Shown in pieces: positions 11,945 through 25,100 of a stretch of DNA of 64,000 nucleotides (position 1 is the first letter of the stretch; every line of letters starts with the position of its first letter). Both the position numbers and the translations under genes were made by a program. The notes beneath the pieces are model-generated. The model was not told the DNA's origin. It did no database searches and saw only the letters and a list, made by a program, of their open reading frames with translations. Source of the stretch: Octopus vulgaris (taxonomy: Eukaryota); NCBI GenBank assembly GCA_951406725.2, contig OX597818.1, forward strand, positions 77,376,001 through 77,440,000, in the 5' to 3' direction.

Positions 11945-14900
11945 CATATTCACTTCAGTGATCTCCAGTTGATTTTCTTGCTATATTGTTGCTTCCTGAA
12001 TAGAAAATACTAACATTTTTCTGATATTGTTTTCTCTTCTTCATAGAAAAGTTATACAACACAGTTTATTGAAAATTGGTATAATCTATTTATATATTTA
12101 TTTGTCAGATAAACATTTCTTTTTTTGTATACCTCAGTTATGCAAAACATTGGCTTATACGATTTGGATGATGCTTCTGATTATAATGATTATAATGATT
12201 GTAGCCTTGTTTGTTTTGCTTCTTTTTTCTTTTTTTTTCTGTACAAAATAATGGCATTTCAGTTTTGTTGATGAAATTTGGTCTTTGAAATGAGTAAAAT
12301 AGGTCTGAAAGTTTCTGGCATTTAAAATTACAAACTGTTCAGTCAATTCACGAAGCATGAATGAAATGCTGTGTAAATATTGTTTGTACTAAAGCAGTGG
12401 CTTGTTTTATGGTCTTTCTGTTTTCTTATAAAGTAGAAAAACTCACTGAAAAAATGTGTGTGAACATAGCATGGAAGGCGGACGTTAAACAATGATGATG
12501 ATTATTTATATATATATATATATTTATTTATTTATTCACTTACACGTACATGCATACATCATTGTTATAGAGTTTAAGTCCTTTATTATCTATTGTATAA
12601 AAGTAAAGAATTTAATTGATTAGAATTGACTAAGATAGGAAAGAAAGAGCTAATGTTGCTATACGGAAGATACTTTCACTTTATTTGCAAATGGTCTTAA
12701 TCTTTATTTTTGCTATTAATTATATTTTAAAATTTTCTTTATTTTTTTCTAAAACTTCAAGTCAAAATTCATATTTCTGTATAAATGCATAAGTGATATT
12801 AATGAATAAATAAATATTACATAAGCGCCAGGTACCCTCTCTAATCGACACATTGTGGTTAGCTAATCTTGGAAACACTTATTTTCAACAATTTACTTTA
12901 TAAAATTTTTATCAGATAAAATATATAGGAATTATAAGTACAATTTTAAGGTTGCAGTTTTTTTTATTTGTATGGTTTTATTTTAATATTTTAATAAGGA
13001 ATTTTTATTTTCTCCTCAAAATTTGATTTAGTTTAAAGTCAAATGAAATAAAGGAAGCCAATCATTAATTGTATAAATTGGAGTTTGAACATTCTTGATA
13101 AGTGGTTTGTTGGTCTCATTTTATCTTTTCCACTGGGAGAAAAAAAAATTATATTTTGTCATGGTTTAATGTTTTTTAATCTCAGGTAATCTCTGCTTTT
13201 TTGATAAAATGTTTTACTAGTAATTTCATTGTTAAACCTACTTGAGTTTAATAAGTCTATCATTATAAATTCAAATTAATTAAATAGAACCAAATTAAAT
13301 CTAAGAGTGCAAGAAAAAACTCTGTTTGTGTGTTGCAAGCTTGATATATATAAATATTTTACTGAGGCTTTGACAATGTTTTCATCCTTTAAATATTCTT
13401 TGCACGTGCATATTTGTTACTAAGATAGTTTTCAAATAACAACACCTTGATGGCTCTTCGTCATTGACATGCATGATTTCGAAGACATTCTAAAGGTAGA
13501 TTTATTTTAACATTTTCATGAACTTTTCTTGCTATTGTAAAAGTTCATATTTCTCTAATAGTTCTGACTTGATTGTTTTTTTTCTTTGCTTGACAAAGCT
13601 ACCTTAAGGTTTCCGTGTTAAATCTGTACTTAATCATCATCTCTCATACTTCATTGCTTTGGTTTAGAGCAAATAGGCTTGGCAGCTGTCTAGATATAGC
13701 TAGTTATTTTAGTGGCTAATAATATTATTACACTTATTATTATTATTATCATCATCATCATTATTATTATTACTGCTACTACTACATTTGTTTGAAATTT
13801 TCATCTGATACCATCTGATATCTTTATTGTGTATTATTGTATTAAATTGTTGAAACTAATCTGTTCAAAGCATGATTATTAACCATTACATATTTTTCAA
13901 TTATATAGTTGAGTACTTAAAAAAAAAAAAGATGTAATTAATTTATAAAAGAACTTCATATTTCATAATTTATTAAAGTAAGTTTTAAATTTATCTGAAA
14001 TGTCATTCTTTGTGTTTTTAGGTTGTTTGGGATCTTTTAACATTTTTACTTATGGAGATGATGGATTTCTTAGTTTAAACACCAAGCAATACTTATAATT
14101 TGTTGTTTGTTTATTATTATTGTAACTGCAAAAGAAGAGCACTTTGTTTTAAAGAGTCTAAAATAGATTGTTTTCTCTATTGATTACAGATATTTAATCT
14201 ATTTTAGTTAGTCTTCTTAGAACTTGATATGTTTTTTTTTTTCTTTTAGGTATTTTTGAGATTTGTAACTTTTCTAAAATATAACTGCTTTTACTTATGG
14301 ACAGGAAGATACTTTTGTATATTGCAAATTTCTTTGTCAGAACATTGCTGTGAGAGAATTCAAAAGATTTTTCACTTATATATAACTGAAAGAATATTTG
14401 AATTGTGTATCTATTTATTTAACAAAGCAAATTATTAACGAAAACATATTAATATTTTGAATTAGATTAGACAAAAGAAGTTATTTTGGTATTATTGGTA
14501 CTGCAAGACATGGTGACAGTAGTGTATTTAATGTATTTATGGCTTCTTAGGAGTCAAGTCAGGACATTTGATGTAATTAGGTCATTTCTTTTTAGCTAGG
14601 TGGCACTAATAGTGGTTGGTGGTTAACTTGGCAATGTGTTCCATAATATCCAAAGTTCAGTGTTTCAAATTTCTGAGATCAAATCCACTTTAGATGAATT
14701 TACCTTTTACTCTGTCAGCATCAATGAAATAATATTTGTGATATAACAGTGTTTGATATTTTTTCTCTTTAGGAAGGTCCTTGTGCTTTTAGGGCAATGG
14801 AAAGCCATTATATAATTTGAAATATCTGAGTTTGGTACACTTATACATTATTGAGGTAAACCAGACTGGATTAGATATTTCTCTAGTTTCTATAAGCATG

Positions 14901-16726
14901 ATATTTTCTGACAAATAGAAATTAATAAAACATACTTGTCTGATATTTTCAAAATTTTGCCAGTCTAAAAATAATAATTTTATTTTTGTCACAGAAGGAG
15001 GCAGGGATCTTGCAATCCTATAGGTAAAATATATATATATATATATATGTGCAGCACTGTTGGTGGTTGTGGTGAAGAAAGTTGCTTTGGATAGAAGATT
15101 GTGTGCTGTGGAATAATGGTGGTTGAAATATGTTGGTAAATGAGCCTTTGCCTCTTAGATATGATCTTGATATATTGAGCACTGGATTGGGTAATATAAA
15201 TGTCACCCAAACAGGGTCAATAGCTGGTTAAGACTTGAAGTACTTTCTCACTCTAAAAAGGAAGACTAGTCAGGCAGTTTTGACAATGTTACAATATATA
15301 TATCCGCTCTGTTTGTTTTTTTACATTCATCTTTTTTCTGTGCTTGCATGGGTTAGATGAATATGTTATCAAGCCATTACTTTATGGCTGGATGCACTTC
15401 CTGATGCTAACCCTTACTTGTTTCTGAACTAAGGGCTCTTTTATTCTGTTTGGTTTTGAAGGTGCAAATTGAGCAGATGACTTGTTGACATGCAAAGCAA
15501 CAAGAGTTCTTGTCTATAAGTTGCAACCTTCATCAAAACAAACAATATGTGAGCATATTTACACACACGCACACGCACACACGCACACAAACACACACAC
15601 ACACACACAAAAGAGGGATTTCTTTCAGTTTCTATCCACTAAATTAATGGGCTTAGGGGTAGCTTTCTGTAGTAGTACCTGAACATTTTAATATATTTTT
15701 TATACTATTATATAGCAACCAAAAATTGTTTATTTGTTTAGTGTGTTTATGTGTTCTACACATGATATGACTGAATAATCTGCAGTACCTTGGAACAGTT
15801 TATGTGTAGTGATGGCTTTATATTATGGGTGTGGGATGGGTGTCAGCATAACTTTGTAACCATGATTTTTGTGCTGGTAACATTTAGACTTAAATGTAAC
15901 CTGCTTAATAAAGTAGTTTGTGCCAAACTTAATAAATCAGTAAAACTTTGTATTGGTAATTCTTAAGAAACTATACCAGTAATCATCTAAGATTTTAGTG
16001 TTATTTGGATTATTACTTGCAGCTCTAAGAATATTTAGATGGAAGTAAGTTTTAAGCTAAATGTATGGGTTCATTAGTAAAAGACTTGTTATGACAGTGT
16101 GGATTAAAATATATCCCCAAAGCAATAATGTTTTGGTCAAATGAAAGTCAAAACATAGGGGATGATCTTTTGTGTGAGATTTGAATTGAATTAGCTAATT
16201 AGATTTGTAATGTTGATAAGTTTAAATGCTTTAGGATGAAACTATCCAATTATGTTAATTGTAATTATAAAGCTTTTGGAATATTCCAGAATTGATTTAG
16301 TTTCTTCTGCAGAGTCAGCCTCTAAGAAGGAATGTAAGCTTGTGGATTCTATGTTAAATAACTGAGTGGGGGGGAAAACTGAAATATTTTGGAATATTTA
16401 TCTCTGGCTAATTATTTATTTGTTAATGATCTAATTTGAACATCTGACAAAAATTGACTGAAGCATTTCTTAGTTTTGTAATAGTAAAATTATAAAGCTT
16501 AGTGCTATGTTGCTAAAGAATTAGATGGTTATCTTGAAACACTTGAAAATATTGAAGATAGATAATTGCTTATGCAAGTCAACAACAGGATACATGAATG
16601 CAAGTTATTGTATTGCAAATATTACAAAACTATATCATTGCCAAACTGTTTGAAAAAAAATGGTTTACTGGAATTTTTATATTTTATTATTCTAGTTTCA
16701 GAAGTTTATTGCTCAATCAATATTAA

Positions 16727-17057
16727 CCCTTTTGACACCAACTCATCTGAAATCATTCCTATTTCTATGGCACAAATTTCTTCTTTTTAAATATCTAAAT
16801 TTAAGCCTTCCATCAAAATTTCATGTTAATATATTTTCCAAGCACCAACTTAACTTTTTCATTATCATATTTCTGTTGAAATACATCAGTTTCATTTCAA
16901 AAGAAGAATTTAGTAAAATAACTTTGTCATTAAGCTTGTGTTTGAAATATAAATCAGTATGAAATTTTGATGGACGGTTTTAATTTAGTTCTCTTTAAAA
17001 GTGAAAGCTTGTATCATAGAATCAGAAGTAGTTTCAGGCGAGTTGGTATCAAGAAGT
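16727..17057. mobile_element. TTAA-flanked (piggyBac-like) MITE, second family
   Basis: TTAA on both sides. Imperfect TIR CCCTTTTGACACCAACTCATCTGAAA / TTTCAGGCGAGTTGGTATCAAGAAG. A related shorter copy lies at 22233-22442. Confidence 0.7.
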
Positions 17058-18359
17058 TTAATAATGACAAGTTTATTTTAATAAAATGTATAAAAAAAAA
17101 AATAAAAAAAAATGAAATGTAACAAAAGTAGTTCAGCAGAATTACATGATAAAATGGTTGAACTTAAGATTGGCAATGAATGATTGAATCCTGTGGAACT
17201 TATTGATTTATTATATTCTGTATGAATTTTACAATAATAAATTGAGAATAAAATGGCAACCTAAGTTTAAAAAGAAATAAACAAGCAAAACACAAATGTA
17301 TATTAATTCTTAATTCTGAAATCAGTCATTACATATTTTTAATTTTTTTTGTTAGATGTTACAGCAAATTAGATTGTTTCATCCAGTACTGAAAAAAGTG
17401 TTTGTAATTACTAAAACAGTAAGATTTTCTATGTAGTCTGGAAATAAAACACTTTTTGGAAATATTAAAGAAAAAGATAGGCAGTACCTCAGCATGGCTG
17501 CAGTCAAATGACTGAAGCAATTAAAAGGTAAAAGATAAAAAGATTTTCTTTGAAGCCAACTGGTTAAAAACAATTAGACCACCTTAGGAAGTGGTATGGT
17601 AAACAAAACCTGTATACTGCTTTTATTATTTCCAGCTTGACAAAGCTTTGCACGCACCAGCAAGTTTATTATTTGCTGTTTTCATATAAGAATGGCAGTT
17701 CTTAGTGGGCTATGAACAACAGTTTCAGTGTTTGTAGCTGATGAAGCATAATGATGCAGAAGCACTTCCTACAGTCTGATGATGTTCACAACTCAGCTCA
17801 GTGTGTTTTCACACACATTGTCTTTTAGGAGAATTTCACTTCCATGACAGTTACTGCAGCAAAGGTCTTTCTACATTTGAGTGTACACAAATGTGTTAAA
17901 TATAAATGCAGACAGCTTTGTTATATTCACTATTAAACGACATTTTGTAGAAATATCTTCCAGAATAATTAATTGAAATAGCATTAATTTCATTAAAGTA
18001 CTTAAAATATATTGTTATATTTAGATGCAAAATATAGAACCTTCACAAAGATGCAGTGATGAGTGAAGCTGATTTATATGGAATAATCTTGGAATTTAAA
18101 TGACTAACAGCTAGACAAAGTGTAAGATTAAGGAATAATCTTAGAATTTAAATAACTAACTGCTACAAAAAAGTGTAAGATTATGGAAAGCAAAATTTCT
18201 CAATTTTAAATGTGAATGTGCTGTAAACTGGTCAGGAAGCATGTACTTTATGTATGAAAGTGTGTGTGTGTGTGTAAATGTTTGTTACAAAAAAGGCAAC
18301 TCTTGATCGTAGAAATTGGAACTAAATATTTCTCTAAAAATTGCTTATCTTCATTTAGT

Positions 18360-18755
18360 ATCTTTTAACTTTTATTTGTATCAGTCATTGAACTTTGCCA
18401 TCTGGAGTGCCACCTTTAAGGATTTTAGTAAAACAAACTGACCTCAGTACATATTTTTAAAAATTCTGATACTTATCCTATTAATTTCTTTTGCTGAACT
18501 ACCAAGTTATATGGATATAAACAAACCAACACTGGTTGTTAATTGGTGTAGGAGGACAAGTTCAGACACAAAGACACATACACACATATATATCATTGAT
18601 GTCCACACAGTTTTTGTCTACCAAATTTACTCTCAAAGGTATTGGTTGGCCTTTGACTATAATAGAAGGAACTTGCCCAAAGCACCATACAGTGGAACTG
18701 AACCTAAAATCACATGGCTGCAAAGTGAGTTTCTTAACCATTCAGCCATATGTGC
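18360..18755 (-). mobile_element. SINE family A
   Basis: Reverse-complement tail and head (CTTGCCCAA...GAACTGAACC...TTCTTAACCA). Confidence 0.75.
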
Positions 18756-18902
18756 AGTTTGTTTTAAACAACTGTCAACATAGCTTCTATAAGATTTGTA
18801 GTAGTATTATGTAATTTTTTAAGCTGTGTAAAACTTGATCAGAGGAAGCCATTCCTTTATGATGGGAAACCGTTTAAGTAATAATATATTTATGCTGCAA
18901 AT

Positions 18903-19118
18903 AAGGCGGTGAGTTGGCTGCATTGTTAGCATCCCAGGAAAGTTGCTTAGCAGCATTTCATCTATCCTTTTGTTCTGAGTTCAAATTCCACTAAGGTTGA
19001 CTTTATACCTTTCATCTTTCAGGGTTGACAAAATAAGTACTAGTAGTGTATTGAGGTTGATAAAATGGACTTACGCCCTCCCCCAAATTGCTGGCCTTGT
19101 GCCAGAATGTGAAATCAA
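18903..19118 (+). mobile_element. SINE family B
   Basis: GGCGGTGAGTTGGC head, GAGTTCAAATTCC B box, GTTGACTTT..CCTTTCATCTTTCAGGGTTGA central domain. Confidence 0.8.
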
Positions 19119-19564
19119 TATATTTATGAATCAAGTAAAAGTAATATTTTGGTATTTTGGTTTTTAAGAAGATTATTTCTAGAAGAAATGTTTAATATTA
19201 AATAGTGGAGAGAGAAAACTAAAAAATTTGGTTTCTTCAGCACCTTAACTCTCCCCACATCACCATCTCTTTTCAATCCTAGGCATATACATAAAATTGA
19301 GGTTACTATTGCTTAACCACAACAATTCAATTTCCTGAATATTTAACATTCATTTTTGGTTTCCTAGTATCATTTGAGTCAAAGGAATATTTGAAAGATA
19401 TTTTCATGGATGCTTTTCTTGCTTAAATGGCTTTTTTTTGTTACATGATTCATTTAATTCCTTTGATTATGGAAGTATTTTTGCCCAGGTAAAGAGTAAC
19501 TTAGAGTAAATAGAATGAAACAATATCTTCCTGTTTTGAATGATTTACACACAATTCCAAAAGT

Positions 19565-19740
19565 AGGCATGGCTCAGTAGTGAAGAAGTTTGCTTCCTAA
19601 CCAAATGGTTTCAGGTTCAGTCTCACCATGTGGCACCTTGGGTAAGTGTCTCCTAGTATAGCCTCAGGCTAACTAATGCCTTATAAGTGGATTTGGTAGA
19701 TGGAAACTGAAAGAAGTCCATTGCATATATGTATCTGTGT

Positions 19741-19791
<51 letters not shown>

Positions 19792-20170
19792 AATGTATTT
19801 GTCTATATGTATGTATATATGTATGTGTATATACATATATGCATATATATATATATATGTAAATGTAAAAAAATACAAACTTGGATAAGTACATGAAACA
19901 TTTAGAAGACGATACAAAAAACACGGACGGGACATTCGAAGCGTTCAATCTTCAGTCAAGAACCGGATCATCTTCGCAATTTCGGCTATATATATATATA
20001 TATATATATATACTTGTGTGTGTCCTTTGTTTTCAATCTTCTATGATCACATGTCTGGCCATGAATGGGGAAGTATTACCTTATTTGGAAATAGATGTGG
20101 GTTGGCAACAGGAAAGGCATCTGGCCATAGAAAATTCCCCTCAACAAATTCTGTCTTACTGATGTTAAAA
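19565..20170 (+). mobile_element. SINE family A with RTE-type tail, interrupted by microsatellites and a nested repeat (19860-19987)
   Basis: Head 19565-19720 (GTGGCACCTTGGGTAAGTGTC). Tail GTTGGCAACAGGAAAGGCATCTGGCCATAGAAAA. Confidence 0.75.
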
Positions 20171-20269
20171 ACTAGGCCTGAAAATGGTGAGGAATTTATT
20201 GAAATATACTATAATCACTTGTTTGCAAAGATTTTAATTAAATCATCTATATTGAAAACTTAATTTTAT

Positions 20270-20500
20270 CTTTTATCGTTTACTTGTTTCAGTCATTAGT
20301 CTGTGGCCATACTGGGACACCACCTTGAATTTTTATTCAATGAATTGGCCCCAGGATTTATTTTTTAAACCTGGTCCTTATTCTCTCAGTCTCTTTAGCT
20401 GAGCTGCTAAATTATGGGGAGACAAATACACCAACCTGGGTTGTCAAGTGGTGGTGGTAGAGACAAACTACAAAGACACACACATAGATATAGATGTGTG

Positions 20501-20545
<45 letters not shown>

Positions 20546-20712
20546 ATACACGATGGGCTTCTTTTCAGTTTCTGTTCACAAAATCCTCTCACAAGGCTTT
20601 GGTTGGCTCGAGGCTATTGTAGAAGATACTTGCTCAAGGTGGCATGCAATGGGACCGAACCTGGAGCCATGTAGCTGAGGAGCAAGCTTCTTACCACATA
20701 GCCACACCTATG
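20270..20712 (-). mobile_element. SINE family A, near full length
   Basis: Reverse complement of the 47090-47515 layout, including the internal (TA)n/(CA)n. Confidence 0.85.
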
Positions 20713-23241
20713 TCTAATTGGTAAAGTTTCTTTATATGTTTTAGAATAAAACAATAGTGCAGTTGTGTAAGTTGTTATTTTAAGATTTTAGAATATAAAA
20801 AATTCATTTAGTTTCTTAAGTAGTTCTTTAGGAATTGTTGTAAGCATGTAGATTCTATGTTGAGTTATTGAGAAAATGCAAATCTTCTGAAGTATTTATC
20901 TCTGGCTAATTTGCCTATGATCTAATTTGAAGATCTGACAAAATTGACTGAAGTGCGTCTTTTAGTGATTGTATAAAAAAAAAATCTAGTGTTATATTGC
21001 TAATAAATTAGATTGTTATCTTGTATTAGAGATAATTATTTGTTATCACAATAACAATATTGGTTTTGTTTTATTTATCAATTAATCAATATTTATAATG
21101 TTATGAACCAGATATAAAATCTGCCACAGGCACAGCAATCTCACTACAGCAATTTTGAATATTTGATCTGTCCAGCGTAACAGTGAAATTTCCCTTACAA
21201 ATGTTTTGCTGTCTTTAAAATATGAGTCAGCATGTTATTAAGTTCTTAAAATTTAGGTAAAGTAAAGACAAGATAGTCTTGGTCAGAGAAGTTAATGAAA
21301 TACTTTCTTTCATTGATGATAGTTAACTTAGGTTATCTATCCAACCACAGCATTAAACACTAGCTGTCTTTAGCTCTTTACCATTCAGATTACTCTCTCA
21401 AAAGCATTGTGTATTTATTCACATTATTTTGAATTAATCATGCATGATCATGTAACTGTGAGTTTTAGACAATATGATTGCTTATATTAGAATGACATTG
21501 TAAGTTGGGTGTGAGAGGCTGGATCTGATCAGTTTCAACGTAAAATGGGTAGAATATTTGAGCCAGATATGGCTAGTTTATTTGCTAAAAAGAGCTAGTT
21601 TTCAGTATTTCTGACCTAAAATTCTAAAGGCTTCTTTTTCTCAATAAAAGTTGTTTCCTAAGTTACTTCATTGTTGCCTTATGGAACATTAGAAAAAAAT
21701 TATTGCAGGAAAATAATCCTTATCAATTCAGACATGTTATTCAAAAGTGCTTTAATTAATCATCTTTTAGTAGTCGAAAGTTTTCAATGACCAGAATTAG
21801 AAACCTAGTGAAGCAACCATAAAAATCCCCATTATTTTTGTAGTGTTTGGTATGCAACATTTCGTAGAAAGCTTGTGCTACAACTGTTGTTAGGTGGTGA
21901 AGTAGGTAAAAGTGGGAAGCACTCTTCATGTTTGAAAAGAAGCCAAATTTTTGCATAAAACGTTGGCAACATTTGGGTTGTAAGTGCAGTAAAAGGAATT
22001 TGTTGAAATACAGCTAGTGATTACTTTAATATAGTAATGTACTGGTTATGAAGTATACAGACATACACTTATGGTCTTGATTGGATAGTTGAATAAACTG
22101 GGCAGAATTTTTTTTGTTTTTGAAAGGCTGATATATGATATGGAAGAGACCTGGAAATAAAGTTGTGCAGATGTTATAAAATATAACTTCAGAAATGAAA
22201 TAACTATTTGAGCAGTAATAAACTATATTTAACCCTTTTGTTGAACTACACTTGCCATTGTTTCAATTAATTTTGAAAAGAAAGAGGAATTTAGTAAAAT
22301 AACTGTCTTTATTAATTTGGTGTTTTGAACATAAAATAATGGACTTTTGATGGAAGGTTTTAAATTAGATCACTGTGAAATAGGATGTTTGTATCATAGA
22401 ACAAGGGGTAGTCTGATATAAGGTGCATCAGTTTTAAAAAGGTTAAGTTGATAATAGCTAGAATTACTTTTGCTCATTATCACCTCTATTATAAAGCATT
22501 ACATTTAAGAAAAATACTTGAATATTGTAATGACATAATTTTATCTCTGACTTTTGTAAATACCGATAAGACAGGTGTGTGTGTGTGAAATATTGATTAC
22601 TTTAGTCCAGTTATTATGTTAATATCTGTGAGCATGTATGTGTTTTTATATGTAATAAATATATATGCATATAACAAAACTGCTGTAATTAAAGACATCT
22701 ATACGATTAATGTACTTGAATACTTATTGCCAGAAAATTCATTCCCATTTTGCTACAAACATTACAATTTTTATTAACTACTATATTCCAATCTTAGGGT
22801 AGGTATACTGTGTACTTGTGTGTTGTAAAAGGCAGCTAAAAGGATCAGAGGCTGGAAGGGAATCTAGTTGTAAAATTCTGCTTCAGAAAACCTCTCCAAC
22901 TCTCGCCAATATAAAAAATCAAATGTAAAATGATTATGATGACTCAGAGGCTCAGAAGTTTTGTAGGTGCTTCTAGGTAGGTGAGGTTGATGCTATGATG
23001 ATCAGTTTAAACTTCTGTAGGTTGAGAGCTGTGAGGAAAAAGCAATGTTGCTAGGGGAGACATTTTAGAGGATTAAGTGTTCAGTATAGGTCTTAATTGA
23101 ACTTTGCTGATGGTCAACACCTGATGAGGATTGAAGAAGAATTCTACTCTTTGCAATACAATGTGATGGGGGTCATCACAAAATACCAAATAATAAAACT
23201 TAATATTTTCCCTCATTTTGAGGTGTTATTTTATTTTGCTT

Positions 23242-23278
<37 letters not shown>

Positions 23279-24316
23279 CTGTGAGTGTGGAGATAAAACT
23301 TGTGGTTCAAGACTGTTTCTTTGATAAATGTGGAGATTGTCTTTGTCCTTCTGAAGGAAAGTAGGACATCTATCTACACCATTGTCATTACATAAAATGA
23401 CGAAAGTAATCAGGCTTGTTGTAAACCTTAAGGGCAGGCCATGCTATTTCAAACATTTATTCTCAGGTGTGGTAGGGATCTAAGATTATAATTACAACCC
23501 ACTGCACTGATAAATAATTTGTTGGGTTTCAACTTTGAGACTTCATCTTATTTTTTGATTAACAAATATGTATAGTGACATATAAAAGACATCAATTTTT
23601 GGAAATTTGTATATTTATATTGATTAAGTTTACTTAAGTCTGGCCAATTGTCAGCACTAGAGTTTATTACTGTGTCCATTGGAGTAAATAGATGATGAAT
23701 ACAATTTCTTCTGAGTAGGTTGTTAATCTTTCAATTATACAAATACTTATAGAGAGATTGGTCTAATTTCTCTCCAGGCTTGTACTCTGTTGATCCTCTT
23801 GGGATGAAAGTCTAAAATAGTTTAGGTGTGATTTGAACTTGCTAACAGTCTCGTGGATGAGAAACTTGCATTTATGAGATAGAATAGCTGAATTCTTTTT
23901 TTAAAGATACATTGCTGGAATAGATAATAGGTTTTTGACAGGATAAAAACTGTTTTATGTTATGAAGTAGCTCTTTAAACTGTTACAAACATTGAATTGT
24001 ACCTTGGGGCAAGGAATGTTACCAAAACATTGATGCAAATTACTTTTACTATGCAAATGAGTATCAAGAATACTGCTTCTCAAAGTGGATGATACTGCCC
24101 TTTGGGGATGTAAGATTTTATATGGGGACTGGGAATAAAGGGGCAATAGATCATCTGCACCACTTTTAATCTTATGTTTAAATAACAACTTCAAAAAAAA
24201 AATTGATAAATGTAATATTAAAATAAACTGCTTATTGTATACAATTGCAATGAAAATTACATCATCCATAACATAACAACAGATTTTATAATGTGAATAA
24301 GTGAAAAACAACAAAA

Positions 24317-24354
<38 letters not shown>

Positions 24355-24896
24355 ATACACACATACACTCATGTACACACCACCTATGTTTGTCAACCAT
24401 AAACAATAAACAAAAGCATAATTTTAAAGACATTGCCAAAATTTGTTGGTATTTCCATTCATGCAATAAATGACCTCTGTACCTGTAGCATTAAGTACAT
24501 GCATATACCTGACTTGTTTATGAATTTAATTTTGCAGAATTGTAGCTAGAGAGTAGGGCAACGGAAAAAGTGTTAGTAAAAGAAAAAGGGCAATAGTGAA
24601 AATAGTTTCAAGATATTGTGATCTAGTATGAGAACTAACATTAAAAAATTTTTTAAAAAATAAATCAGGTATTAAAAATCATTTCTACAATATGAAATTA
24701 TATGTTCCTTTTATGTGAAGTTTTCAATGTAAATTTAAAATTTCAGCATTTCATTGAGGAGTTTGTGTATGCTATAATTTGGTGATGCCTGGAATTTAAA
24801 TATAGACTTGTGCTTGATTCAACATTCAAGTCTCTGACCTACATTCTTTACATACATTGTTTATAGTCATTTTTTTCAGCCAAGTACAAAAACAAT

Positions 24897-24933
<37 letters not shown>

Positions 24934-24959
24934 GTATATGTTTATATATGTGTGTGTAT

Positions 24960-25033
<74 letters not shown>

Positions 25034-25100
25034 CATACACACACACATGTGTGTATGTCTATATGTGTCTATATATGTATATAGAAATGTATATGCATCT
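24897..25100. repeat. Compound (TG)n/(TA)n/(CA)n microsatellite, representative of dozens in the window
   Basis: Directly visible. Explains the [12 protein letters not shown] ORFs. Confidence 0.95.

Noticed and set aside
12826-12831. Possible 6-nt microexon AG|CGCCAG|GTACCC
   Set aside because: No pyrimidine tract upstream and a weak donor.
15259-15271. GGAAGACTAGT matching the start of miR-7
   Set aside because: The rest of the mature sequence is absent and there is no precursor hairpin.
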